Assembly (NCBI RefSeq): GCF_002113885.1
Contig: NW_018404672.1
Location: forward strand, 248,259-312,258
Reading direction: 5' to 3'
Length of the DNA: 64,000 bases
From: Mizuhopecten yessoensis
Lineage: Eukaryota
Under the pieces are notes generated by a model. It saw only the letters and a program-made list of their open reading frames with translations, was not told the origin of the DNA and made no database searches. The translations under genes and the position numbers were made by a program. Of this stretch, positions 48,521-60,800 are shown one piece after another. Numbering within the stretch: position 1 is the stretch's first letter; each line of letters starts with the position of its first letter.

Positions 48521-49508
48521 ATAATAAACATCCACACTGATGAAGCCCAAGTTGTGTTGTGTTGGAACCAATCTCCAAATATTGACAAAGTTTCAACAGA
48601 ATCTGGTCATGTTTCGGACTCACTTATTGTGCAGAAACGTCAACCAATCGGAGTGAAGTATGCTAATTAGTGAGACATGAAATTTTCTCCACTTTGAGCT
48701 TAGCCTCAGTTTTGATATACTGTACAAGCTTACAGAGTTTCATAAAAATTGAATGATTTTTAAGCAAAATATCTTGTGGAAACCAAAGTGTGGACAGATA
48801 GACATTTCCCATAATATAGTATGTTCCGTATAACAAACAGTAAAATTATCACAGGTGTTATGCTGTACAAATATAATTACCCAACAATAAAACAAAACAA
48901 CAAAGTCAATGATTTTTCAGATACATGTATATGCATTTAATATTCTGGAACATAAATATTTTCTATAATATTTACATATGGAATCATTCACATTTGTTTG
49001 CATGAGATTGAAGAATACCAAATTTGAAATAATTTGCTTTTTCTGAAATCAAGAAATTTTCAAAACTGAATTCTACAAATATTTTATCTTGAATGCTCAT
49101 GCTGATTTATCACAAAACAAGGAAAATATTGGTCCCTAAAACCGATTCCGAGAACAGGTTGGCCCCTTAAAGTTTCAATTGGCAGCAAAAATTAATCGGC
49201 TGCTTTAAATCTTTTTTATAAAATATATATTGCTTAAGAATTATCACATATAAGCCACATCAGTGTTCAGCAGTACATGAATGTCAGCTAAAGAAATATG
49301 ATGTTTTCCATTGCTGATGAATGAATTTGGACGGCAGAGTGGAAACAATTCTTTGAAAATTTCCTTAGGATGACTTTCCATGCATGAATTTGGACGGATG
49401 GATTTGTACAATCCGTTAAAAGATTTTGAAAATACCGAACACATCCTTTAAAGTTGTTTCACTTAGAAAAGTTATTTTATCACATAGATGTCCTTCCTCG
49501 CTCAACAG

Positions 49509-52500
49509 TTACTTCTTTGGGGCAATGATCCCCTCTAGCTGAGTCTGAAATCAAAAATAAAATAAATCATGAATTCATCCAATGAAGAGATTATGAGCAT
49601 GGTTAACTTAAGGATGTATGCTACCTTATTGTGACAGGATTCGCTTTCACATAAAAAGTCACAAAGAATCCTGTAAAATGTATTTTTAATGACTGGGAAA
49701 TTTAGATATATGGCGAATTATTTTGCATTTGAAATGTACATTGATAGCACTTCAGTTATGATACGGTGACAATTCACACAAAAGAGAAACAACTCTCGCA
49801 AATTACTGCAAAGTAGTATACATGACCTTAAATTACACGCAAGTAGACAGTTCTATCAAAGACATTTTTCCTCCTTAAATTGATGTTTTGAACAGTTTTT
49901 GTTATTAAACAGCTACAGTATATGCTTTCACTATTAAAGAATTGATTTTATCACAAAAAAAAACATTAATAAGTTGCCTCATCTAATAGGGATGATCTGG
50001 TTATCAAAAATTTACTATTTTAGTAAGGTGAAACGTTCATCAATTTGATTTCAGTTCTAAGTACTGCATGAATATTTATTTTTTTTTTTTTTAAACCAGA
50101 CTTACTACTGAGTGTCAAAATTAATTGCTGATTATAATATGTGCTCAAAAAAAGTCCTCCTTATATCCCATATGGAAAAATTAAGATGATATTCACACAG
50201 GAACTGCAGGTTTAAACTTATTTTTCCCTATAGCTACCAAAGGCAAAATAAATTGTACGAGTGTGTTGCATGCAAGTCTTACATAACATTTCATTGTTTT
50301 TCTTTGTGAAAGTGAAACATGCTAAGGAACCTAAACCGCAACATAAATTGTAACTGCTTTTGTGATATAATATAGAAAGTATTTACCGACAATCAGAAGT
50401 TATTCTGTCCAGTTAAATAGAGACAAAGATACAGTTTTGCTTTCATGAAAATATTCAATTTAATGTCAGTTTATTTTTTTTGGGTCTATTGTAATATTTT
50501 TCTCTTGGATAAGACTGATATTTTGAGAAACTCTTACTTTCATCTTGGCCTGTGAATTAATAGACAAAGGAGTAGGAGTTGTTACTTCCCAAAATTTATC
50601 ATCGTCAATGTATAATTAAGACAAGTCAATTAGATGTAAACATATCAATATTATGTGATGCAGAATCTGTCATCAATTATTTTGATAAAATTCACATTTT
50701 TAATTGGCAGATAGTGAGTCATGTGACATAACTTCTCTGTTTTTGATTGGTTGATATTCATGCAACCCTGTGAAAGGAAATCCATATTCAGAAAAAAATC
50801 CTGTTGTTGATTGGCTGATCTGCAATCATGTGACATAACTCCTGTCATTGGACTCACCTTGAGTTGCTGATTGGTCCTCTTGAGGAACTGCATCTCCTCT
50901 GTGTGTTTCTTCTCCTCTACTTGTCTCTGTTCCTGAGCACGTTTCTCAATCTGTTCACATTTGCCCTTTAACTCGTTCACATTTCGCTCTAGATCACGCT
51001 TCTCATTTTCTAGTTCTGTGATCTGTGAATAGAGCAAAGTGGATCATAGAATTTTAAACACTGAACGTTTTCCAGGCTCACTATTTTTTCCACAAGATAT
51101 CTAAATGAAACATTAATGGAAACAAAACTACATGCACAAATTGAACATAAAATATATTACTGTGAATTTTCAATCTGACTCATATATATATGCAAGACCA
51201 CACACTTGTGTTTTTCTAACGAATAAGAAAGCACAAGTTTATTGCACGGACGAGAATATATATACGTCCGCGCAATAAACACAAGTGTATGGTCTTGCTT
51301 TTCTCACATACCTTCCGTATTTGGTAGGGATCGATACAAAGATTTTATAAACATGATATTTTTTGCAAATACCGGGAACTTTTCAGTTCCCCATGACAAG
51401 GTGATTCCCATAAAAAGGTAGTTCCGGCTAGAAGGTAAATACAACATTCCGTATTGCACATGTGCAATACAGAACGTTGTATTTCATGGTCTGAAAATTG
51501 ATTGTATTACTATAACAAGACTCAACAGGTATGTGATAAAACTTTATGCAGGATTAAACATTTTGTTCTGAATTTATGAAATATGGAGTTTCTAAACAAA
51601 ATGTAAGTTGCCATCAACCAGGTTTCAGCTAGTATTGTCCTTTAACCATGTAAAAACATATGGTAAATACACTGGGTATATAAACAGGATAATGTGTTGG
51701 AACGTAGTATACGTAAGGGGTGAAGATAAATTTTACACCAGCAATTCTTATCATAAAATGTTTTATGACAAAATATCTTAATCTTAATTTATTCATTATT
51801 TTCGTAGAAATCCAACCACAAATAAAAGTGCTGAAGTGATGCCATTTTTTCTCCGTCTGATAGTAAATTGTCACAGCAATTTTATGCATAGGGTAGAAAA
51901 TATTGAAATGCTAATGCCTTTTAACACCTTAGTACTTAACCTCAACACTTAGTTTTACGGAAACCTGCACCACAAATGAAGAAGCTAAAGAGGATGTTGC
52001 TGTGTGCCGGCAGACCATGAACAATCTAGATACCCCCTCTCTTAAATTTCATATTGGGGAGAAAGGCCTACCAATTAAGCTGGGATCAAATCCTACCTTT
52101 TTCTCCATGTCAGCCTTTCCTTGCTCGGCTTGTAGAGCTTTTCTCATACCGAAAGCCACACTGCTTTCGTACAATGTCTGGTAGGCTGCTATCGTCATCC
52201 TGATCTCATCTCTTACACGCAGGAGGAGGAGGCCACGCTCGGCACAGTTAATGGTCACCTGTCGGATCAGCTCATCTGTATGACAAAATAGATCATGCTT
52301 CATATAAAAGTGTACATTTTTGTAACATTTGTGGAAAATGTTCATATATTTTATGCATTCATTTGTTCATAATATTTTCATCACATATATTGTTGTCAAA
52401 ATGTAGTATTTGTCTTATATGTACATAATGAGATTCGGCTCCAACATCACAGAACTTTTCCAAGATTCTTAAGTTGAGTTGTGCAAGGTGTCATAATCTC

Positions 52501-54667
52501 ACAAAACACTGAAAGTACACTTTCTTTATAAAAGATGCAAGCTTCTCTGAGACTTAGCTCTATTTATATAAAGAGGATGTAACATAACATACAAACACCT
52601 ACCGAAACATTGTGAATACAGCTCTCTCCGTACTGGACAAATACCAGTCTCCCTTGCCTGCCTCTGTTGCAACCGTCTGTCAAGTTCTTCCTGTAGATTG
52701 ACCACATCAAGACGTGTGGCTGGAGTACTGGACACCTGCTGGACCCATAACTGACCACCCTCTGTCCATTCTCTATTGAATGTACAAGTGAATATACAGT
52801 AAAACATAATGGCTTCCGTCAGTTATTAGAAATAGCTGTATCTAAAACACTAATCTGACCATATTCATGCATACATGAGCCTACATTGCATGATATCTGA
52901 AAGAAGGCCTTGTGTCAAATGCAAATTGATAGCAGGAAATATTATGAACAGACATACTTAATCTCAGATTTATCAACATAGAATTTCAAGCATAAATCTA
53001 TCTTTTACATATCAATTCTTCATTAGAAATGTAAAGTATTAATTTTATATGACCAAAATGTATTATCAAATCAATCAGACTAATATCCATCAACATTTTA
53101 TTGATGTCTACAATCATTGGTACAGCAAAAACATTCTTTTTCCCTATGCAAATATTTAGACATTCTAAGCAGATAACTATTTTTTTAGCTAATTAAGTGT
53201 AATTTAAGTATGTTCTAATATCAAAGCATTTTATCTTTGTTTTTAACCCTTTCACCCCTAGGTTACTTTAGTAGACTCTACCATACATTGATCTGGATGA
53301 ATATATTATGGTCTACAGTAGTGAAGGGGTTAAATATAGATGTAATGCCTTTTGAAGTTACCTTGGTGGTAGGATGGAGTTGAGGATTTCGTCTGTTTGT
53401 TGTGCTGCTTTAGCGTCGACCGAGGTTGGCTTCTGTTTGCCTGGTGGGTTTGGGACAGGACCTGTTGCTGTGGACGGACCTGGGCTCACCTTCAACGCTC
53501 TAGCCTGTCAATGATTAAACTTATTTATTAAACTTCTAAAAGCCTCACGTATCCTGCTGCGTTAAAGGAGAGTGATAATCGAACTGACCCTAGCCTCAGT
53601 ATCGTCAAAGTAATGTGTATGCATATTATAATGCAAAAACAATAATGGAGGACAGCAAATGGGTAATTATACAAATACTTGATGTGCTGCCCCTTTGTAG
53701 CCTTTAATATGGAATTAGATAATTGATAATTGGGTTATGAATGACAACCATTGAACCAAGCAGGATCATTCATATTTAAGGTTGCTAAACATCTGGTTAG
53801 TCATAGTTTATGTAATTAGACATCTCCTGTAGCCTACTTGGGCAGTAAAATGTGGTACTATCGCTGCTTACCACCTATAAGAACTGATGTTTTTGCTACA
53901 TAGAAAGATCTTTTAAATACAAAGGATATTTTGTGTGTTGTACGTATACGTCCATACAAGATCTTTTAATAACTGTCAGATAGAAGTTCCAACCATAAAA
54001 TAATTTAAATTGCAAATTTATAGCTATACATGTGTGTCAATAAGTCTATGACAACATAACAGCTCATTCAGGAATGACTTAAATCACTTTCAAAGAATCC
54101 TTATTTGACAATAATGTGGGTAGAATAGCGACTGAATTACAAGTCGTATTACACCTAAATTATGAAGTGACAGAATAGCATAGCCTAATATATTTGGTTC
54201 ACATACATAATTGGTAGCCACCATGGGAATCTCGAAATTCATTTAACAAAATTTGGTTACACAAGTAAAATTTGAGGTAGAAATTTTCTTCCTATTTAAC
54301 CACATCAAATTCCATTCCTATTTGGTGTAACATAGCAACATTGATTAGTTGATTGCATTATAAGGATTTAAAAAAAATACCCATTTGGATCGATTTGAAA
54401 AGTGTATATTTATTATGAACAAAAACTTAGGTGAAACTTCTTAGTGAAAAACACAATTTCTCAAATATATCATTTAGAAACAAGTCCTGGATCCAAAACT
54501 TTCTGCATGTAAACACATCCATAAAACGTGTTTACAAACTGAATTGAACAATTAAAACATTTTACAAAACACTCGTCAACCCATACCCGTGGTGTCTTCT
54601 TGTCTGTGTTCCTACTGACGAGGACTGGGTTGTCATACTTGACTAAAGATGCGTTTGGTGGAATCAT
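49509..54667 (-). CDS. DNALI1: Axonemal dynein light intermediate chain (p28/p33); exons 54667-54587, 53504-53362, 52772-52603, 52275-52097, 51022-50858, 49544-49509 (257 aa)
   Basis: MIPPNASLVKYDNPVLVS, EILNSILPPREW, VSSTPATRLDVVNLQEELD, RQARETGICPVRRELYSQCFDELIRQVTINCAERGLLLLRVRDE, YQTLYESSVAFGMRKALQAE and C-terminal QLEGIIAPKK*. Junctions are GT-AG and in phase. Confidence 0.97.
51192..51540. mobile_element. Foldback segment plus adjacent TIR element
   Basis: GCAAGACCACACACTTGTGTTT / AAACACAAGTGTATGGTCTTGC (51192-51298), with an inner hairpin TTATTGCACGGACG / CGTCCGCGCAATAA. Then TTTCTCACATACCT / AGGTATGTGATAAA (51299-51540). Confidence 0.6.
53243..53333. mobile_element. ~91-bp MITE, subfamily A
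   Basis: TTAACCCTTTCACCCCTAG...GTGAAGGGGTTAA. Confidence 0.8.
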
Positions 54668-54804
54668 TTTGGCTAAGTTTGCTGCAAAATATTCCTGTCC
54701 CGGTCCTCTTCTTTGCTTGATCTGCTGCTATAGCAACACTGTAGTGCGCATGCTCCAATTTACTTCTCGCTTAACTTGTTTCCGACGAGATTTCAACGAA
54801 CAAG
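54668..54804. promoter_or_regulatory. Compact bidirectional promoter/5' UTR region between DNALI1 and EMC2
   Basis: Divergent ATGs are 137 bp apart. RFX X-box-like GCTGCTATAGCAAC at 54724-54737, NRF1-like TGCGCATGC at ~54745-54753, and YY1-like CAAGATGGCG over the EMC2 ATG. Confidence 0.75.
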
Positions 54805-57800
54805 ATGGCGCGACGCATTGGATGGGAGGGTAAGGTTAAAACAGGATGCTTTTTGTGCATACTTCACTCCAATATACATGTTTTGACAAGATTTTATGCA
54901 AAGACGTTCTTTATATAATCGGCATAACCACCAAGTATCCATCAGTAGGGTATTTGAGGAAATGATCGACCGTAGAGTACACGGCCATTAGTGACAGGTT
55001 CGACCACAAAACACTCGCTTTAAAACAGATGTGCATGTGTACAGTAGGGTTAAGACACCCTTGTGTTGATACTGACATTACCAGAAGTTATCTGTTATCG
55101 GCTAGGATATATGTGATCGGTTCCGCGTTTAAACCTGAATGGTATCTCTCGTACAGAGTACTGTTGACAAGATTGCCAAATTGCCATTGACAGGTTTAGT
55201 ACAGTATTAAGGAGACCCAAATCGCATCAGTACTCAAACCGGAGCACTTTTTGCAAATATACTTATCAGGGTGGGGAAAACCACCAACTTGCGTATAATA
55301 CGAAAACTCTCATATTATACGCCAATTGGAGTATGGATTTGTTACTAAAAATAACCAAAATCGCTTTAACAGTAACTTTTGCAAGAATCGCATTAATTTA
55401 CGACAAGGTAAATAATATTTTGCTAAAAGATGTTTACTGAAAGCGTTGGCTACTTAGAAACTTGATGTAACTTTACCAGAAGTATTGTATCTATTTTTGG
55501 TACTTTCCCACATGCAAATAAAGTTTATTTTTGCATTTGTATTATGTTTCATGACTGAATAAATGCGACTTGGACAAACCATTTGAAAAAGTTAAGATTA
55601 AAGTGATTTTGGCTATTTTTAGTAACAAATCCATACCCCTATTGGCGTATAACAGGCGAGTTTGCGTATTATATGCAAGTTAGTGGTTTTCTTCGACCTG
55701 CTTATAAATAAATAAACATGTCAACAAATCAGTTATGACAATGATGTAGTCTTAGAATAGATAGCCATGCACCATTTTTTGTCTACAGATGATTAGTTTT
55801 TAAGTTCAAATAGCACAAGAAATCGTAATTCAAACTCAAATGTCAGTGTTTTGATCACGTTTTAAAAAAAAGGGCACATGCAACGACTATGCATTCTGTT
55901 TTGGACTATAGGAATAAATTCACACTTTCGAAAATACTTTTTGTCATATAAATTCTAAATTTATAAAATATGAATGTTAATATGCTGACAAAAAAGGTGA
56001 AGCATAAGAAACTGCAAAACTCAGCCTTGATCCGATTTGGGTCCTGACATTCCTAAAATCTGGAGGTGCTGATTGGTGAGTTCAGGGTGTTCTATGAATA
56101 TCTCAAGTGAGCCCTGGGTGCTAATTTCGTTTGTAAGAACACCCATCGATATTCTATTTTTGATACAACCATAAATGAATATAATTCCTCCTCAGATATT
56201 TCAATGATTAATAAAATGATGGTTTGGTGATTCGATTTGGGTACTGTCACCTTACCCCTCATATCATGGGAAATAATCCTTTATAGTTAGAGTAAAATTT
56301 ACTGTGACTCCCATGGTGTCATACAAATTGAAATAAGAACATGCGAAGATCTCTTAAACATCAACATCAGTGACAAAAAGTGTAATATTCTTCGAAAGCA
56401 GTTCAATAGATAATACAATGGGCTGCAGTTATCGATAATAATGTCTATGTCTTAGTTAAATTTGCATCGCATGCTGGTATGTGTACCACCTGTTTTGCTT
56501 GCCGATATTCCGTAAACTGCAAGCGGAAACATTGTTCATTGATGGTAAACAATTTGTTGCAAACAAAATCTCAAAAAATCCTGGTCACAAAAGGATCCCC
56601 CGCTACCACTGACTGCCAGGAATTGTAACTTATCTGATTATTCCAGCATGACTATAGCTTCAAGAAATCATTTCTGAATAGAAAACCATGATGATATCTA
56701 AAAGGTCTTGAAAAAACTAAAGTGAAATAAAGAAAAAACACTCAACATTCTGAATGTTAATGCCATCAACATGGTCCCTTTCGATTATCTGGTTCAACTG
56801 GTTTAAATATGACATTTTCAGGTAAAAATCCTGGCGAACTTGCAAATGCTTATGCATGCTTTGTCAAGGCTCGCCTAAAAGCAGCCTCAAGTTACTAGGT
56901 CCCACCATAAATGAACAACTCTGGTTCATCCGTTTAGGATCGCGACAAATGAATGGGGCCTGCAATTCAAACCCCCGACTTTAAGATTGATATGCTATAC
57001 CGTTCTAACTGATTTAGCTTTCTGGGTAATGGAAGTGCTACAGTTACACCCAAAATTGAATTAAGTGGATATTACCGTTTATACAAAAAGGCACATTGTA
57101 GTTGGACAGGGATTTTTAACACTATATTAATATAGTATTTTCATTACCGGTTAGCAGATACACTGTATTTCTGATTCTGATACATACTCTCAAGTCGGAG
57201 ATAAAAAAAAATCCTGTGAACTTGGACATTTTTTAGCGAAGATTGTTATACATGGAAGTTGTCAAGTTCTTGTTAAACAGACTCTCTTTGCTTGTTTGTG
57301 TCAGCAAAAGGGTGTCTGCATCATCCTGAACTGTTTAAATGAAGTTCAATTTCTATTATTTTATTTTGTAGAAGCTAGAAATATATTGAGAAGGATCCGA
57401 GAAGAACAAGCCAGAGATGGTCAAACGGTGGTCCGCGTATGGGAGGAGGTCCTAATGAAGAACAGAAACAAACTAGGAGACGAATGTGAGTTGTGTACGA
57501 AGGGGAAGAGCAATCATGACGTTTTACCTACATGCTAATTAGTAATGATGTGCCCATTTTACAATCAGTTTGATATTTACCTCCCTTTCATAACAGACAA
57601 GCCATATATGATTGTTGTCTCCATTGGCTTTATATATTTATCTAACTTATTTCCTTAAGCTTTAATATCAGGCTTGAAATTGTCATATACATAATATATG
57701 CAGGCCTAAAGCAGTACCCTTCAGACGACAAGACATGCTAATCAGAGAGTAGAAATTTTGATTTTGAATTGTTCCAAGTTAAGAATAAGTGCCCATGAGT

Positions 57801-60800
57801 TGTTTTAAGGCCTGTTGGCTTTCAGTGTGCATTTTTGGGAGACAAACTATGGTAAAATATATGAGCTTCTTGTTTTAGTATTAAAAAGAAAAAATCAGTG
57901 ATAAAATTCATGCAATATCTGAAGTAAGATTTTTTTTCTGATTTTGTTTTGCAGTATGGGTCGTATACGAACAAGTGTGTATTGCTGCTCTGGATTGTCA
58001 ACGTTTTGATTTAGTTGATGTAAGTTATATATCAGTTTCATTTTGTGAGACATGTGTTTTCATGTTAACATGGCAAGTCATTCAACATATTTTTTTTCAA
58101 CCAGAAACACAAAGACATCCATTGTTCATTTCACAAATTCAAATTTTTGTGAACAAAGTTTTTTAAGCAAAAGTAATTAGTATTTAGGATAAAATTTGGT
58201 GTTTAACAGAATGTGAAAGTAGAGCAGGTTGACTTGTGAAATGGACTTTCTATCTGGTCAAATATACCATTGTACACTCATTTTCACTGTGTTCTATACT
58301 AAGTTTTAGAAAACATGTCTCTTTATGTACATGGGTGTCTGGAAGATAAAATATTTATTTCAAGAGTAAAGGAAGAATTGGTGGAAGTACCTGGTAGGCC
58401 AAATTGATAAAATATTTTTCTTGTAAAATACTGGGTAACTGACATTTTGCTTTGTTTAAAATCATTCACATGACTAATATCAGTTATTCAATTTATAATC
58501 ATCCCAAAAAGAAAAAATGAAAACACTCATTAAGTTTGTAGCTCGTAACATCGTTTTTAAAGTGTCACTGTATGATTTTTCAGGCCTGTATAACAGTGCT
58601 GAAGGACAACTTTCCAAAGAGTATACGAGTGGACAGATTACGAGGAATGTTTTTTGAAGCTCAGGAAAGGTAAAATATTTTTGAGACCAGGTGTTAAAAT
58701 TAATATATATACATTTTCCATAAGGTCTGAAATGTTTAAAAATTTGTCACTGTGATATCAAAAAGTTCTTTGTTAAAAATACATCCCAGTCAAAAACTTT
58801 ACTGCCTAGCAAGGTAAAATATTTTGAGATTTGAGACCAGGTGTTAAAATTAATATATATACATTTTCCATAAGGTCTGAAGTGTTTAAGAATTTGTCAC
58901 TGTGATATTAATAAGTTCTTTGTTAAAAATAAATGCCAGTCGAAAGCTTTACTGCCCAGCAAACAGCATTGTAGACAAAAAGGTTTATTATTATTATTTT
59001 TCATCCATAGAAATATTACTCTTTTCAGGTTCAGCAAAGCAGATGAAGTATACAAAAGTATAATTGACAGAGATGAAACAAATATGGTATGTTGAGTATT
59101 AAGATTGGGACTGTCATATTAAAAATATATTGCTGTTTTGAGAGAGGATGTGGAGAGGGGGGTGATAAATTATACAAAGGAAATTTCAGCTATATTTTCA
59201 CAAAATCAATGCCATCTTCACCAATCTTCATAATACATTGAAGTTTTTGGAAAGAGGAACACACTTTTCATTTTCAGACCATCCCTCAAATGTCAAGAAA
59301 AATGTTTTCCAATCAGATTAGGTGATGGTTTCCATTTACCAACTTCACTTTACACAAAAATAGAGTCTCTGCTAGTATTGGCATCTTCTATTTACTGTAA
59401 AAAGTGAATATTTTCATGCGATGGAAATATTTTCCTTTTTGTTATCGCAACTAAATCATTCAGTAAAGTGTGGAAAAAATGTTCAACACGGAGACAATTT
59501 TCCACTTTTGCAACACTGTCAACAAGTTATCGTAAACAGGAATTAAATTTTTGGTGTATCCTGCATCAATGCATAAATGTGTTTAAAAAAATATCTGATC
59601 TGTATTAAATCAAAATTTAAATCAGAATTAACAATGCATGTATATTTTTGTATTACATGTATTTGCCAAACTTTCTCATTAAACTGAATATTTTATTTTT
59701 TTCAGTTCGCCAAAAAGAGACAAGTCTCGGTTCTGAAAGCACAGAATAAAATTCCAGAGGCCATTGATAAACTGAATGGTTATCTCCGAGAGTAAGTAGA
59801 CTTTAAGGAGTTAAATTCCATGCCCCTTTGCTAAACTGAATGGCTATTTCTATGAGTAAGTTGTCTTATATCATGAATTTCCAGACTCCATTGGTAAACT
59901 GAATGGTGATTTCCATGAGTAAGTTGTTTTTATATCATGAAATTCCAGACCCAGTTGATAAACTGAAGGGTTGTTCTCAAGTGGAAAAATAATTCCTAGA
60001 GTAAATTTCCAGACATCATCAAAAAACTGGATGGTTATTCTCAAGAGCAGGTAGATTTCAATGAGTTAATTTAGGCAGATTTCATAGAGTTAATTTCCAG
60101 CTGCTATTGATAACGATAAACTAAATGTCTATTCACAACAGTAGTGATGATAGTATAAATTCCAGAGTACTTGGTTAACTGGATGACGTTTCCAGAGACT
60201 CAGAGTTTATAGTTGAATAAACTAAAATAAAAAAAAATCCCATCACATATCTTGTTTGGATCACGCAAAAATTATTATTGAAACAAAAAATATCAGAGCT
60301 TTCCCTTCAAATGTAAGTCGAAGGGCAAGACATTGCAGCACATGGTTTTTTTTTAAATTTGCCTTTTCACAAAAAAAAATTTTGGTCTGGACAAATCTTT
60401 TTCAAACTGTTGATCAGATTTTAACAAATCATTGTACATACTGCCAATAGCTTTATTACATTCATCACTGTAAACTGTATAGACTACATGTGGGGTTTTT
60501 TAACCCTTTACCACTGTAGACCATAATTGACTCAACCAGATCATTGCATGGTAGAGTTAGTTTATTAAAGTTTCATAGGGGTGAAAGGGTTTAGGGCTGT
60601 TCGAGAAGTTAGCAATTTGGGAGGGGTGGGAGGTACTTTTTCAGAAACCCCAAACACCCATCAAATTTTAACAGTGACTGGATGTCAGAAATGGTACATT
60701 GTAGGTAGATCTGGTTTTAAACCCACTACCCTTAATATGTTTATATAGATGCCTCCCACCTCCCCCATATGATTAATTATGGAATAGCCCTAATCCAAAA

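Noticed and set aside
32350-48550. Other CTGATGA words (32350, 34866, 44329, 48538) as hammerheads
   Set aside because: None has a paired stem II followed by GAAA.
50700-50857. Possible junction echoes after the DNALI1 exon-5 donor (CCAATCA..AAC and GTTATGTCACATGA recur)
   Set aside because: Similarity is too short and no donor is recreated, so it was not counted among the junction arrays.
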